DNA from: Marsupella aquatica
Taxonomy: Eukaryota; Plantae; Marchantiophyta
Direction: 5' to 3'
Length of the DNA: 64,000 nucleotides
Assembly: GCA_973895155.1 (NCBI GenBank)
Contig: OZ316896.1
Coordinates: 16,533,752 to 16,597,751 of the forward strand
The notes below the pieces were generated by a model that saw only the letters and a list, made by a program, of their open reading frames with translations, searched no databases and had not been told where the DNA came from. The stretch's first letter is position 1, and each line of letters starts with the position of its first letter. Below are positions 53,001-64,000 of this stretch, one piece after another. The translations under genes and the position numbers were made by a program.

Positions 53001-54175
53001 CAGGAGGGGCCTCAGCACCTGATCAACGACAGTGTGATCATTGTGGAGCTCCTAGACACACCAAGGATAGGTGTTTCTCACTCCATCCTGAGTTACGGAG
53101 AGGAGGACAACGCACACATGATCAGGGAAGAGGAGGTAGAGGTGATGGTCATGGCCGAGGTATGCCACATGCAGGAAGACAGGGAGGTGATGCTGCTCCT
53201 ACTATGACCACATATCCTAAGGATGCAAAGATTGCTCAATTGGAACAACAACTAGCTGCTATGGCTAGTTCTCAAGTGAGACCTACTTTTGGTGATGGGG
53301 CTTCTACATCTCATGGAGCTTCCACATCCTATGGGGCTGATGGAGACCTTGCCACCATGGGATTCATGTGTGGCACTGCGCATATTGATGCATCAACAAC
53401 TTTGACATGTGGGGTAGCCAAAGCTCTTGAGCCTCAAGGAGCAGTAGTGGAGCTAGATCCATAGAGGGGGGATGCACATCGTCAGACAAAGCTTTCTTAG
53501 TCTTTTACATTGTCAGAGATAGTTTGGGCTGCCTCTTTGAACCCAATTTGGACAAACCCTAGTGTGGGTAAGTTGGCAGATTCATAGGATGTTGCAGCAG
53601 GGATGATAGGTACCTTGCTGGGGGTGGCTACCACCATAGTGCACACCCCACTATTTTCAGCGACAGATATGCTGACATTGGGGGTTGGTCTAGCTAATGT
53701 GTTTAAATTAGCAACCACATTATGCGAGGATACTCCAGTTTTGGCTTTTCATGTTGAGGCAGCATGCAGTTTTGGAGCAGCAGAGTTGACATCATCTATT
53801 GCTACTAGTGAGACATGGCATGCAGCAACGGCAAAGTTGATAAATTTTCCAACACGCCCTGCATTTGAGAGAACTAGGTTTAAACCAAACGTTGTGTCAT
53901 TGGATAATCGGAGTGGTATATTTTGATTAGTTGGGCCTACTAGAGCAATATACCAGCTAGAGAGAGTGTTACTGGATACTGGTGCCCAACCCTTGATGTT
54001 GGGTAAGTCTGCAGTACGAGAGGATTGGGATTGCATCCAGATGATCTGGAGGAGTGTTCCTTTCCTATTCAGACTTCATTGGGGGGACCTACACCCACAC
54101 AACACATCACCAGACGACCACTTGACTTGCAGATTCAAGAGGGTCATGCAAAGGATAGCTCTCACATACAGACGC
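50093..54175 (+). mobile_element. Decayed, 3'-truncated LTR retrotransposon (Ty3/gypsy-like gag plus aspartic protease)
   Basis: Putative LTR start TGTCACACC at 50093. Broken gag from 52045 (MEEMYEATKGPRWYTGGAGMIDLDDFIQEFDMWC; FQHKTGESLREAYTRMRRL). Two zinc knuckles, CWTCGGDHAQQYC and CDHCGAPRHTKDRC. Protease motif VLLDTGAQ at ~53966. Many stops and frameshifts; no RT/integrase seen; LTR boundaries approximate. Confidence 0.8.
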
Positions 54176-54543
54176 GAGCTATTTTGTTGTTTTGTTGTCT
54201 GTGTTTTGATTCCAAATCCATCACCATGGCTCAACTGCTTAATTAGCTCACTTATGAACTGTACCCTAAACCATGGCTTGTTTGGGTTTGCCAAAATCTT
54301 TACCAGAATCTCTTTATTGGAATCATGCAAACAAGGATTCCTTGTTGGCAAATGGAATCATTGAAAATTGCTCTAATCTTGCAAGTCTCCAAGACAAACA
54401 AGAACAATAAATACAATAATCTAGGGTGGGGAGAGATGAATTGCCAAGATAAACTGTATCAACAAAAGCTGAGCCGAGTAGATAGAAAGATCACATAAAT
54501 CATGTTCCAACAATGACAGCTCAGGCTACTACGTAGCTCAAGG

Positions 54544-54840
54544 CTCGGGGGTCTCACTATACGGATGCCTCCCCATCACCTGCGACGTTTTTAGGCCTCG
54601 GACCCCCTAAAGTGTAAGAATTTTTTTAATTTTTTCAACCCCTATAAAGTTGGAATATTCTTGGAATATTCCAAAATTTTGGTTATAAGGACCCTAATGT
54701 TCTTATAAGTTTCAAAATTGGATTTAAAAGACCCTATTGTTCTTCTCAAAAAATTCTTAAGTCTTCCCTTTGAACCAATAAAATGACCCTATACTTTGTC
54801 GCACGTGATATGCCATTTTTGTGGAAGTGAAACCCCCGAG
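54544..54840. mobile_element. Non-autonomous DNA transposon (MITE), copy A, 8-bp TSD GCTCAAGG
   Basis: TIR ctcgggggtctcact / agtgaaacccccgag; GCTCAAGG at 54536-54543 and 54841-54848. Confidence 0.88.
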
Positions 54841-54982
54841 GCTCAAGGTCACGGACAGCAAGTTATGCAAGTCTCCCTAAATTGCCCACCAGTAGCTTTC
54901 ATTTGTAACACACACAGAACTTGTGGTACACTAATATCTGAGAAGAGAATACAACCCATCATGAAAAGGCATTTCCTGCACA

Positions 54983-55540
54983 ATGGACTACTATGGTCCC
55001 TCAGCTGCCCATGAGTTTACTGCCGGTGAGTCCTATACCATGTTTGCGATAGTGCTGAGCATGTTGCATGGGCAATCTGAGGAGTTCGAAATTGGGAAGA
55101 AACTCCCTTATGTTTTTCTTACCTACGGGCAAGAAGAGGCATATATTATAACTTACAAACTTGACTTCCAGATTTTATCAATTCCTCCCCAGGGAGCCAT
55201 TGGTATGACACCTCTTTGCCATAGCTCAGGCCCAAGTTTGAACGTCACCATCGCATAACAACAGTTGCCCAACAACATGGTTTTATTCACCAAACAAAGA
55301 CCAGCCAATGTTTTGACGTCCGTTGAGCAGGTTTTGAGAATGAGGGAAGCGGTGTTGTCCATTACACCCAAGCTGGTTTATGCTAGGGAGAATGGAGAAT
55401 TTGTCTATGCCTTCAAAGTCAGAGTACAGAATGTTCTCTAAGATCCAATAATGTCATTGACTTGGCAAATAAGTCGTCTTTGTTAAAAGGTCAAGGATGA
55501 GGATCACCAATGCAGGTTAGAGGCAGCAGTGCATGCCTAG
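54983..55540 (+). pseudogene. Decayed intronless ORF (~185 codons) of unknown family
   Basis: MDYYGPSAAHEFTAGESY... continues in frame through three TAA stops (..VTIA*QQLPNNMVLF..FVYAFKVRVQNVL*DPIMSLTWQISRLC*KVKDEDHQCRLEAAVHA*). Confidence 0.45.
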
Positions 55541-56064
55541 CGGGCAAGACTGGTATCTCAGACTTTGTTGTGTAGCTCAAAGGGACCCTTCGCCCAGAAC
55601 AGATGTGCGCGATCTGTCAATGATTTTTTTAATCTTTCTTGTGGTAACGTTCGAAGGGAATAATTTAAATGCTGCCACTGGAAGGAAAATTGGGAGTCAG
55701 GCTGGCGGCTAACTCTTATAAAATGTGAACTCAATTTTCCTTCCAAAGCGTAGAGGAAATAAGGAGTTCTTATTTATGTTTGTTAGAAAGGAAATAATTG
55801 AAACTTTGTTGCCCAAGTCTCTTCGATAGATTTTGGACTCCTCGGCAATGTGCAAGTGTCATCCTTGATTCTGCTTGCACATTGCGATACCAAGGCACTA
55901 TGCTAAGATGTGATTGAATTTGGAGATTTGATAGAAACTTATTTATACACAAATTTGTGCCGCAATCTCATCTTGTTCACAATTGCAAATGACAGATGCA
56001 TGCACCCAAGTTCATTTTATCAATGCAAACATAACACGCTAGTGGCTCTATTGTGGGTTGCAAA

Positions 56065-56356
56065 CTTGGGGGCCTCACTATATGGAGGCCTCCCCATCAC
56101 CTGTGATGTTTTTAGGTCTTGGACCCCTAAAATGTAAGTTTTTAAAATTTTTAAAACCCCTATAAAGTTAGAATATTCTTAGAATATTCCAAAATTTAGA
56201 TTAAAAAAGCCTAATGTTCTTCTAAGTCTCAAACTTGAATTTAAATGACACTATTATTCTTCCAAGAAAATTCTTAAATATTCCCTTAGAACCAAAAAAA
56301 GAACCTTATCTTTCGTTGCATGTGATTTACCATTTTTATGGAAGTGAAACCCCAAG
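56065..56356. mobile_element. Non-autonomous DNA transposon (MITE), copy B, 8-bp TSD GTTGCAAA
   Basis: Colinear homologue of 54544-54840; TIR cttgggggcctcact / agtgaaaccccaag; GTTGCAAA at 56057-56064 and 56357-56364. Confidence 0.88.
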
Positions 56357-57704
56357 GTTGCAAACCTTGGCACTTTGAGTTTTTGGCTTATACTTGTCCA
56401 TATCAAGCAGGTGAACTAAAGTGACATGTCAAAGTGTACTGTATTTGATTACAGTCTTGTATGATTGTCTTATGTATACTCCCTCACACTCCTGGTTTGG
56501 ATTGTTTGACAAATTGTTTGCTTTTGGATTGTATTGACAAAATTGTTTGCTATGATGGTTAATTACCTTTCCAAAGAGTAGTGCATGACTCACAACAATA
56601 TACCAGCTATGCTTCCAACCTTGGATCCATTGAGCAATCTGGAAACAAAAGCACATGATTGTGATGTCTTATCATCATTATATGTCCTCTACAGGCCGGG
56701 CTGCAAGCAGCCTTCGAAGTTGGAAGTCCTGCTGGGTTGTAAAGGCAACAAATATCCAAGCAATGCTGGTTAGAAATCTTATCAACTTTCTGAGATTACT
56801 TCTAATCCTGTACATGTCGTGTGATCCACTTGCTTTGCTCAACAGCAGCTGCAGTACTTGTTCAAGTTGTTGGCCGAGTTGCTCGTCCAGTTGACACAAA
56901 GAGTGAACAGAGTACGCAAGATCGAGGCCATGTTGTGTTGCATAGTCTGAAACATAAGTGCTAGGTAGCATACAATAAATTCTATAAGTAGAGTTTTAAA
57001 AGTAGAATTGTACTTAATGTGGCTAAAATAAAGCAACATAACAACCAACATTAAAATTATATAGATGCTGGCTAAGCCATGTCTTGCTCATTGTCTTCCA
57101 ATGTGTTACCCTAATTATCCAAAGGAACAAGGGGGTCCATGGATTAATTACCATTAATTGGTGGACTGGAACCACTCATTAGATAATAATCACACAATAT
57201 AAATATATAATTATTGAAAATTGGCGTCATCAACACAAAAAGTGAAGTTGTGGTCATGACTCTCCGAAGTCGATGGCGCAAAGTCGATCGGACCGGAACA
57301 CATGCGTTAAATTGTAGAGTATTGGTTTATGTTCTGCCAAACTTGGGCCGGAGCGGGCAACAGCATTGGGGATTGGGACGGGCAGTGTACGGCACCCTGG
57401 GAAAGTGGGGGAGCATTAACTTGACATAGATTTAACTCAGGGTAAAACAACAGAGTGCATATTTTAGGACAAGTTCTTCAACCACCTCTTGAAAACCTTT
57501 AAGAGAATCTCCTATGCTAAACGGGTTTGTCTACTAACTCTTTACAGAATGTCACCAAACACTTTGTAGAAATGCTGTGCACGACATTCATTACACCAAC
57601 ATGAAGTATGTTTGTTAGTTCACACAATTGCTACAATGAGATACTCATGAGTGTTGTGGCCCTTTTGCCTTGGGATACATATGTTAGCTTGAGAGGTATT
57701 TTGC

Positions 57705-57818
57705 TTGATGGACCCCAAACTAAACTTCTCTCCCGAGCTAACCCCATGAGATTTTGGGAACATTGATGTAGGATCTATCAAGGTCTATTAACAGTCTGGA
57801 TCATGATGAGGTCCATCA
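57705..57818. mobile_element. Short MITE-like family with TIR TGATGGACC, copy 3
   Basis: ttgatggacccc...ggtccatca. Confidence 0.55.
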
Positions 57819-58330
57819 GGCCGGGCCATCAGGTAACACTTTTCATTTCTGCGTACATCAATCATATTCCTGGTTGGCATGATCCTTTGCCAAGTCAAGA
57901 ATAGCCATTGATTTCCTAACAAAGAAATAAGAACTGTTTGTGTTAGGGTTTGTACAACCGGTCATTTCGAGGGTCATTCCCATTATATAAGAAACACAAC
58001 TTTTCCCACTATATTGAAAATAGAGAATTTTTGTGTTACCTTGTTTGGGAGCCGGTTACTTTGTCTTATTACAATTTTTGATATGTTTTTGTTTTGATTT
58101 ATTTTAGACAAGGTGTATCCATTGTAGTTTTGGGACTTCAATTTTTGTTAGCCCCTTCTTAATGTTTTTAATTTACTTTTCTGAGACCCCCCTTTAGGCT
58201 TATATAATTTATTTTTCAATCTTGCCAAACCATGTTAGAATATGTTGTTTATCCTTATATTCAAGTTATACTAAATTGATTCTTCATACACTAGAGATAA
58301 CCTAGACCCTCAGCTATCTATTGTCAAGAG

Positions 58331-58823
58331 TGTGATGAAATCCAAGAGTTTGAGAAACAAAACTTTCACCCCCATAGTGTGGGGAGAAATCAGATCAAGA
58401 AAAACACTCCAAACATACACGTGTTCAATAGTTACGTGGTTCGCCTCAAGGTTGGCTACGTCCACGGGAAGACCAAGCTTTATTAATGGTTATGTGTCTA
58501 CTCATGCATCACCATAGCTCTCATCTCTTGCTATATCACTGTGTTCTCTCTTGAGAACTCTCTTGTGTGTTCTCACACCACATACAAGTTGAAGAGATAA
58601 GGACCAATCTCTTCAACTAGGGTTAACACTCTAACCTTAGTTAACATACTAACCATAGTTCAACCCAAGACTGAGTTAACCTCTACACATAGGCCTCCCC
58701 TCTTAACTAGAGTTCAGAGTTCTCTTTCCTAAGTTTAATGGTTTGAGTAACTTATGTGTAGCTAGCGTAAGTCATTATGATAAAACATGAGAGGCCCACC
58801 ATTTTTTTTGAAAGGGATTCACA
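58331..58823 (-). mobile_element. Probable solo LTR (copia-like), minus strand
   Basis: The minus strand reads aataaagcttggtcttcccgtggacgtagccaaccttgaggcgaaccacgtaac, a typical copia LTR motif; TG...CA candidate ends; TSD not confirmed. Confidence 0.55.
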
Positions 58824-59498
58824 ATAGTTTATAAGCAAAACAATTGTCTACTAGAAAAATGGCATGTGGGGATGGAAGTGGGGCTAACACTTTGTCAAGG
58901 AATAAAAAGTGAGGAGAATACACTTTGTAAAGGAATAAAGATTGAGGCACAAGTACCAAGTCACCGAAAAACTAATTTATTCTTACTTTAAAGGGGTTAC
59001 TAAAAAATACATTCAAACTTTAAAGAGCAATGATTAATAATTCTTCTCAACATGGGATCCTTTTGAGCGGGAAAATACTGCAAAATAAAGTGCTTAACCT
59101 TTTGGGGGGAATCTTCACATTTGTAGGTACCTTAGAGAACATTTGTTTTTAAATTGATCTAGATAGTCTTAAAAGTTTTTTTATTATCATCTTGGGGAGA
59201 TTGTTTAAAGTTGGAGCAATCCTATATAGAAGCTTCATAAGAACCAGCTTTTCATATGGACAAATACTTTACAGATACAATATTTTAGGGCTCCAGAATT
59301 TTTGAATGCCAAAACTAGGCGGACAATGTAACTGATGTTGACCTCCAGTAAAGTTAGGCCAAACAAGTCATCACCATGGGTTACAGGAATGCTATTCAAC
59401 TTTCAGTAGGTTTTTTTGTAACGGGAATTGAATTTGCAAGACTTCAAGCTTAGATAGACTTTATCTCGCTTTGACTGAATACAATATTATTCTTGGGC

Positions 59499-59614
59499 TG
59501 TCCACAATCTAACGATTTGTATCCAACGGTGCCTATTTGAGGAGGCTGGAAAAAGGATTGTCCACGATCTAATGATTACTATGCAACGGTGATTATTTGA
59601 GGAGGCTGGAAAAA
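59499..59614 (+). repeat. 60-bp imperfect tandem duplication
   Basis: tgtccac(a/g)atctaa(c/t)gatt..tat.caacggtg..tatttgaggaggctggaaaa x2. Confidence 0.85.
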
Positions 59615-60742
59615 CACATTAACCAGTCGGCTTGCACTTTGGCAAACCATGCCCGCTACATACAGTATACAAAAAGAAGGCAACTCATTGCACTGCATTT
59701 AATGTGGGCTATATTTAATGTGTAGAGCAGGGAAGTAGAGTACAGTGTTGGAGACTTGGAGAGTTGGAGATGCGCTTGACGACATCCTTACACATTTGTT
59801 AGGCAATTTAATGACTCTTGAATTTATGACACACAGTACCAATAGTTTCTAACTCTTGATTCTTTTATTCAAGTCTTAGTCTCTTGTGTTCCTCTGGAGA
59901 AGGATCGAGAAAGTGTCCTTATTAAAGCCTCCTTATCCCCAGCTTGTACTCCACTTTTCGACCCTGCTTCATTGCTTCTTAAAGTGTTAACTTTGACGCA
60001 AAAAAAGAAATCTATAAAACACTAGGGTATATCTAACACTAGGGACCAAGAAGGTGTGTTTAATTTTGGTATGTGATATTTGCTATATTGACAATTTTTT
60101 TGTCAAATTACAGGCTTTGCTGCCCTTTTTAATTTAATTACTAGGTTGTGACCCCTAGTGTACATGGTGTGAGTTGTATTCTCTCCAAGTCTCCTAAAGA
60201 ATAGTTATTAGAGTTGGGATTAGAACACACCCATAGAAGACAGGCGCTAAGTTTGTTTCCAAGTGAGAGAGACATCAAGTAAGATAGATTCCATTGCCCT
60301 TGTGGCATTAGTGAGGCTAACTGTAGTGTATTTTTGCAGAAGCCATTATACTGAATTATGAATAGCAAGAGTCAAACCCCAAGGGAGGAGTAACCCGCAT
60401 TAAAACCTACTGGCGAGAACATGGATACCAGCCCAATTTAGTGCCAAAATTCATAAACTTAATTAGTGTAGGAGCCCTGAGTAACCGAGACCAGCTCCCG
60501 TGGGCATATCATATGCTAATTGTGCATAAAAGCACCAAACATGACACCACTTAAAGATCCCCTAGTTCTACATCAAAGCACTCAAAATCACACCGAGAGT
60601 TACAAAGAAAAAATTCACGAAAGGCATTATTAAGGAAGCAGACAATAGACTCTCATCGAGCGCTTCGTCTGAGACACCGGTTCGGGGCCACAGACTACGG
60701 GACGAGCATTGTTTGTCCGGTCCTGTCTTCACAGCTGAAATC

Positions 60743-62520
60743 ATGGGCGTCTCAAAGGAATCCGTCGAGACCACTCTCACCACCAAGCTCAATCCCACAC
60801 ATCTGGTAAGCTCGCCCGCGTCTTTCGAAGTCAATGTTTGGCCAGCCTGTGTTTCACTTGCTTAAAGCATGTTGGGAATCGGTGAAAGGGAAGCACACAA
60901 GTCTGCCGACTACAGTATCTGTTTGCAGGTTTCGATTGTCATGAGATCGTAACGCCAGTAAGCGCTCGTGCATGACCAGGAGCCTTCCTTTGATGGGTCT
61001 TGTGATGACGACTTGATTGTCGGTTGTTCAAGACAAGAGGGTTCACAAGTGGTTGTTAGGACTTTGTTTTGTTTGTGGGGTAGAATCGTCTCGGCTTTCA
61101 AAGATATTATGATGCACATAGAGAGGAAAAGAGACTAAGTTTGCACTCTTCTCTTTGGAATCGGTGCGAGAGCAAATGAACCGGAATTTTCTAGGTCATC
61201 TGTAGGTCATCCCAGCAACTGTGACCTCTTTGAGATCCGATTGCAGGCAACTTTTTTCTTGATGTCGTTGGGATCTTCCTATGATGTTCGAACTAAGGTT
61301 TCTGTTACCGTTCCTCATATGTAACCCTTCCCTTGTCGTTACTGCTGACAGGCTTCGTCTGCGTCTTGCTTAGCTCTCTTTCTTTGCTCAGCACATTGTC
61401 GGATCTGGCTTGGTTGAAATATCATTGTAGAGAAAATGGGATTTTATAATGGTGTAAAAAGAAATGTTCGAGCAAGAATGCTCAGGGTATTTGTTCATAA
61501 AATGGGTGCTCCTGTGAGGATATGACACGAGCAATCTTTGCCCTGGGTTGACACAATGATGGTCGTTCCTGGCTAGACTCTGAAAATGTTGTAGGCCTTC
61601 GATTTTGAATTGTTTTCATAAGATAGCCGCAAAGGCAACGTCTAGAACCACGACCTCGACTGTGGGTTTTGTTCACGTTTGTCTTACCTCAATTTTAGCA
61701 CTCTCTCAGTGAATGCAATTCTTGGGTATTTATTTTGGCCTGGAGTGTTCTCCCAGTTGATTGCACATTTCGAATTTGCTTTCCAGCCGATTCAGAAAGT
61801 TCTATCGATATGTGATTAGGAGCACAGGCAAAGGGATGGTCAGTGATTAAAGATCACTTGGGATGATAAACAGACACCCCAGTCAGAACTTTGAATCTTT
61901 TAAAGCCAAGGTCAGAGAAATTTCAGGTGAAAGCTCTGGAATTACTCTAAGCTGTTTCCACATAAGAACATACTCACGGTCCTCGAGGTAGGTTGATTTC
62001 AGTATATGGTTTGTTTTCGTTTACACGCGTTCGTGTATGGTCAATTAAATGATTTGTTGGTTGTGCATACATGGCCGCAACTGGAGCAGGTGGTGATTGA
62101 CACCTCTGGCGGGTAGGTCTCGGTGTTTGGGCATCAAAAGCATTTGATCAGTTTGCTAGTAATTTCCCAGAAAGCTTGGCTGTCGTAGAAGGGGAGCAAA
62201 CGATCTTCTGAAATTTTTGAGGTGGCAAAGTTTTAAGTTGAAGGTAGCATGTCGTATTGTACTCCTAGCCACTACGATGGACCTTTGTTGTTGTTAATGT
62301 TGTTTTAAGAACAGCTTGCCCCAATTGCAGATGTGGTGCGAGCTTTGATATTGAGATTGCATCTTCCGCATTTGAGGGTAAGAGTCTACTTGAGCGGCAC
62401 CGGGTGGTAAATGCAGCTTTGGCTGAAGAGCTGAAGGAGATTCATGCTCTTTCCATCAGGAAGGCGCTCACACCTGAGCAATGGAAAAATCAGAACACTG
62501 AGACAGTTGCTAAAGCATAG
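60743..62520 (+). CDS. BOLA2: BolA2-like protein (cytosolic Fe-S / glutaredoxin partner), 91 aa, 3 exons
   Basis: Exons 60743-60805, 62090-62112 and 62331-62520 (GT-AG, phases fit) give MGVSKESVETTLTTKLNPTHLVVIDTSGGCGASFDIEIASSAFEGKSLLERHRVVNAALAEELKEIHALSIRKALTPEQWKNQNTETVAKA, with the BolA2 DTSGGCG and FEGK.LL.RHR.V motifs. Confidence 0.95.
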
Positions 62521-63357
62521 AAGGATTGGACCTGTGAGCGGTATGACGTTGCCAACAATTTTGGGTTAATACCCAATGCTGTGAATTTGCTATCTGGGTT
62601 CCCAACCATCGCCTACCATCTCTCTTCTTGTCCTTCTCCTGTGGCTGTTTGCTTTGAGATTAAATGCTGTGAGATCTCTCTTATTCCAAGTTCAAGTGTA
62701 AGGAAAGGGGACAGATGGTCAAAACGAGTTAACTTCTCGTGGTGACCTTACAGGCTTGTATCAATGTACTTGTCAGGACTTAAATAATAGTATAGTGAAT
62801 TGAAACGGTCTCTTCATTTGAAAGGGAGGAGGTGTAATCGGATATCATCACATGCACAAAAATGTGTCCCGACCAAGAAACAGATGCAACAAGCCCATTA
62901 CAAAGTACATGCCTGTCATTAATTCTTCCAAACACATCCTCCAAAACTGGATCTTTACAGTAGGTTTGCCTGAAGCTGAGGAAGCTCGGAGGGCTGTAAG
63001 TTTCTAGAGCCTCGCTCAGAAATACAGGAAGAGTGGCCTAGCAGTGTGCCTACCGACTAGTATGTCTGTTCTGGGAACCCTCAACCGAAGATGTGTCGAT
63101 AATTAATTAACAGACCAAGATACAAGTGATGAGCAATGGGCTTCTCTCGGATCATTGGCAAGTAATTTGGATGGGAAGTGTGTGGGAGATGTGTATCGTA
63201 CTATGGTGAAGAATCAGAAGATTGAAACACATTCTTCGAGGAAAAAAAAAGAATTAGAAGATTGTGACGTAGGAACATATGGGCGGTTGCAATTCACCCT
63301 CTCATATCGTCATCGTATTCTAAAATTATCACAATGTCACAACTTTTCATCAAGTTC

Positions 63358-64000
63358 TCATGCTATGCTTTGAAGGCGCACGAGCTTGGCATACTCTCCG
63401 TTCATTGTCATCAGCGTCGAGTGACTTCCCCTCTCCTTTATTTGTCCATTACATATAAAGACTATCAGGTCGGCACATTGGATACTGGCCAGGCGATGGA
63501 CGATCACAATTGTGGTCCGCCTCTCCTCCAGCATAATGTTATCAAGAGCATCTTGAACGACCTTCTCGGACTGAGTGTCAAGGTTGCTAGTCGCTTCATC
63601 CAAAAGAAAAATCTTGGGATTCCGAATGACCGCCCTGGCAATCGCCACTCTCTGCTTCTGACCTCTTGATAACTGGATCAGCTGCTCTCCTACTACTGTA
63701 TCGTATCCGTCGGGAAGGCCACTGATAAACCCATGAGCATTAGCTTTCCTCGCAGCTTCAACCACCTCGGTCTCTGTTGAATGTTCTTCCCCGCACCGAA
63801 TGTTCTCTCGGATGGACAGTGTGAACAAGACAGGCTCCTGTTGTACAAGGCTCATGTGCTTCCTGAGCCATTTCAGATTGAGGGTTTGGATGTCAAAGCC
63901 ATCAAGGAGCACAGTACCAGAGGTTGGATTATAGAACCTTTCCACTAAACTTATAATTGTGGATTTCCCACATCCACTAGGTCCCACCAGTGCTACAGTT
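63358..64000 (-). CDS. ABCB (MDR/PGP) transporter, C-terminal nucleotide-binding domain (5' part outside the window)
   Basis: Walker [11 protein letters not shown]-loop LVQQEPVLF, signature [15 protein letters not shown], Walker [10 protein letters not shown]-loop VHRL, and ABCB-type C-terminus ERGSHSTLM...YAKLVRLQ*. Confidence 0.92.
   Translation of the reverse strand, partial: TVALVGPSGCGKSTIISLVERFYNPTSGTVLLDGFDIQTLNLKWLRKHMSLVQQEPVLFTLSIRENIRCGEEHSTETEVVEAARKANAHGFISGLPDGYDTVVGEQLIQLSRGQKQRVAIARAVIRNPKIFLLDEATSNLDTQSEKVVQDALDNIMLEERRTTIVIVHRLASIQCADLIVFICNGQIKERGSHSTLMTMNGEYAKLVRLQSIA

Noticed and set aside
54544-56356. Direct repeats as the LTR pair of a retroelement/TRIM
   Set aside because: No TG..CA ends; each copy has its own TIRs and a different 8-bp TSD, so they are separate DNA-transposon insertions.

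Overview
Eukaryotic, intron-rich land-plant DNA, most likely a bryophyte such as a liverwort (inferred from gene content and style, not proven). Four protein-coding genes are supported. (1) A multi-exon EDM2-like gene (+, ~165-11018) with PHD-type zinc fingers and an N6-adenine-methyltransferase-like domain carrying intact DFCCG and NPPF motifs. (2) An ALOG-family transcription factor (-, 35179-36126) with an intronless CDS and a polyQ/His tail, inside a large CpG-rich gene-poor block. (3) A three-exon BolA2 (+, 60743-62520). (4) The C-terminal NBD of an ABCB/MDR transporter (-, runs off the right edge) with an aberrant LSRGQ signature. Intergenic space is a patchwork of transposon debris: a solo LTR with an intact 5-bp TSD, other LTR-like pieces, a decayed gag-protease retroelement, two MITE copies with distinct 8-bp TSDs, a short tRNA-like SINE with a 20-bp TSD, hAT and copia fragments, and several decayed ORFs of unknown family. 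The most interesting hypothesis is that the EDM2-like gene carries a decayed coding-like insertion in its largest intron. EDM2's known role is processing genes with intronic heterochromatin, so this could be an autoregulatory sensor. No prokaryote-type system (CRISPR etc.) is present.
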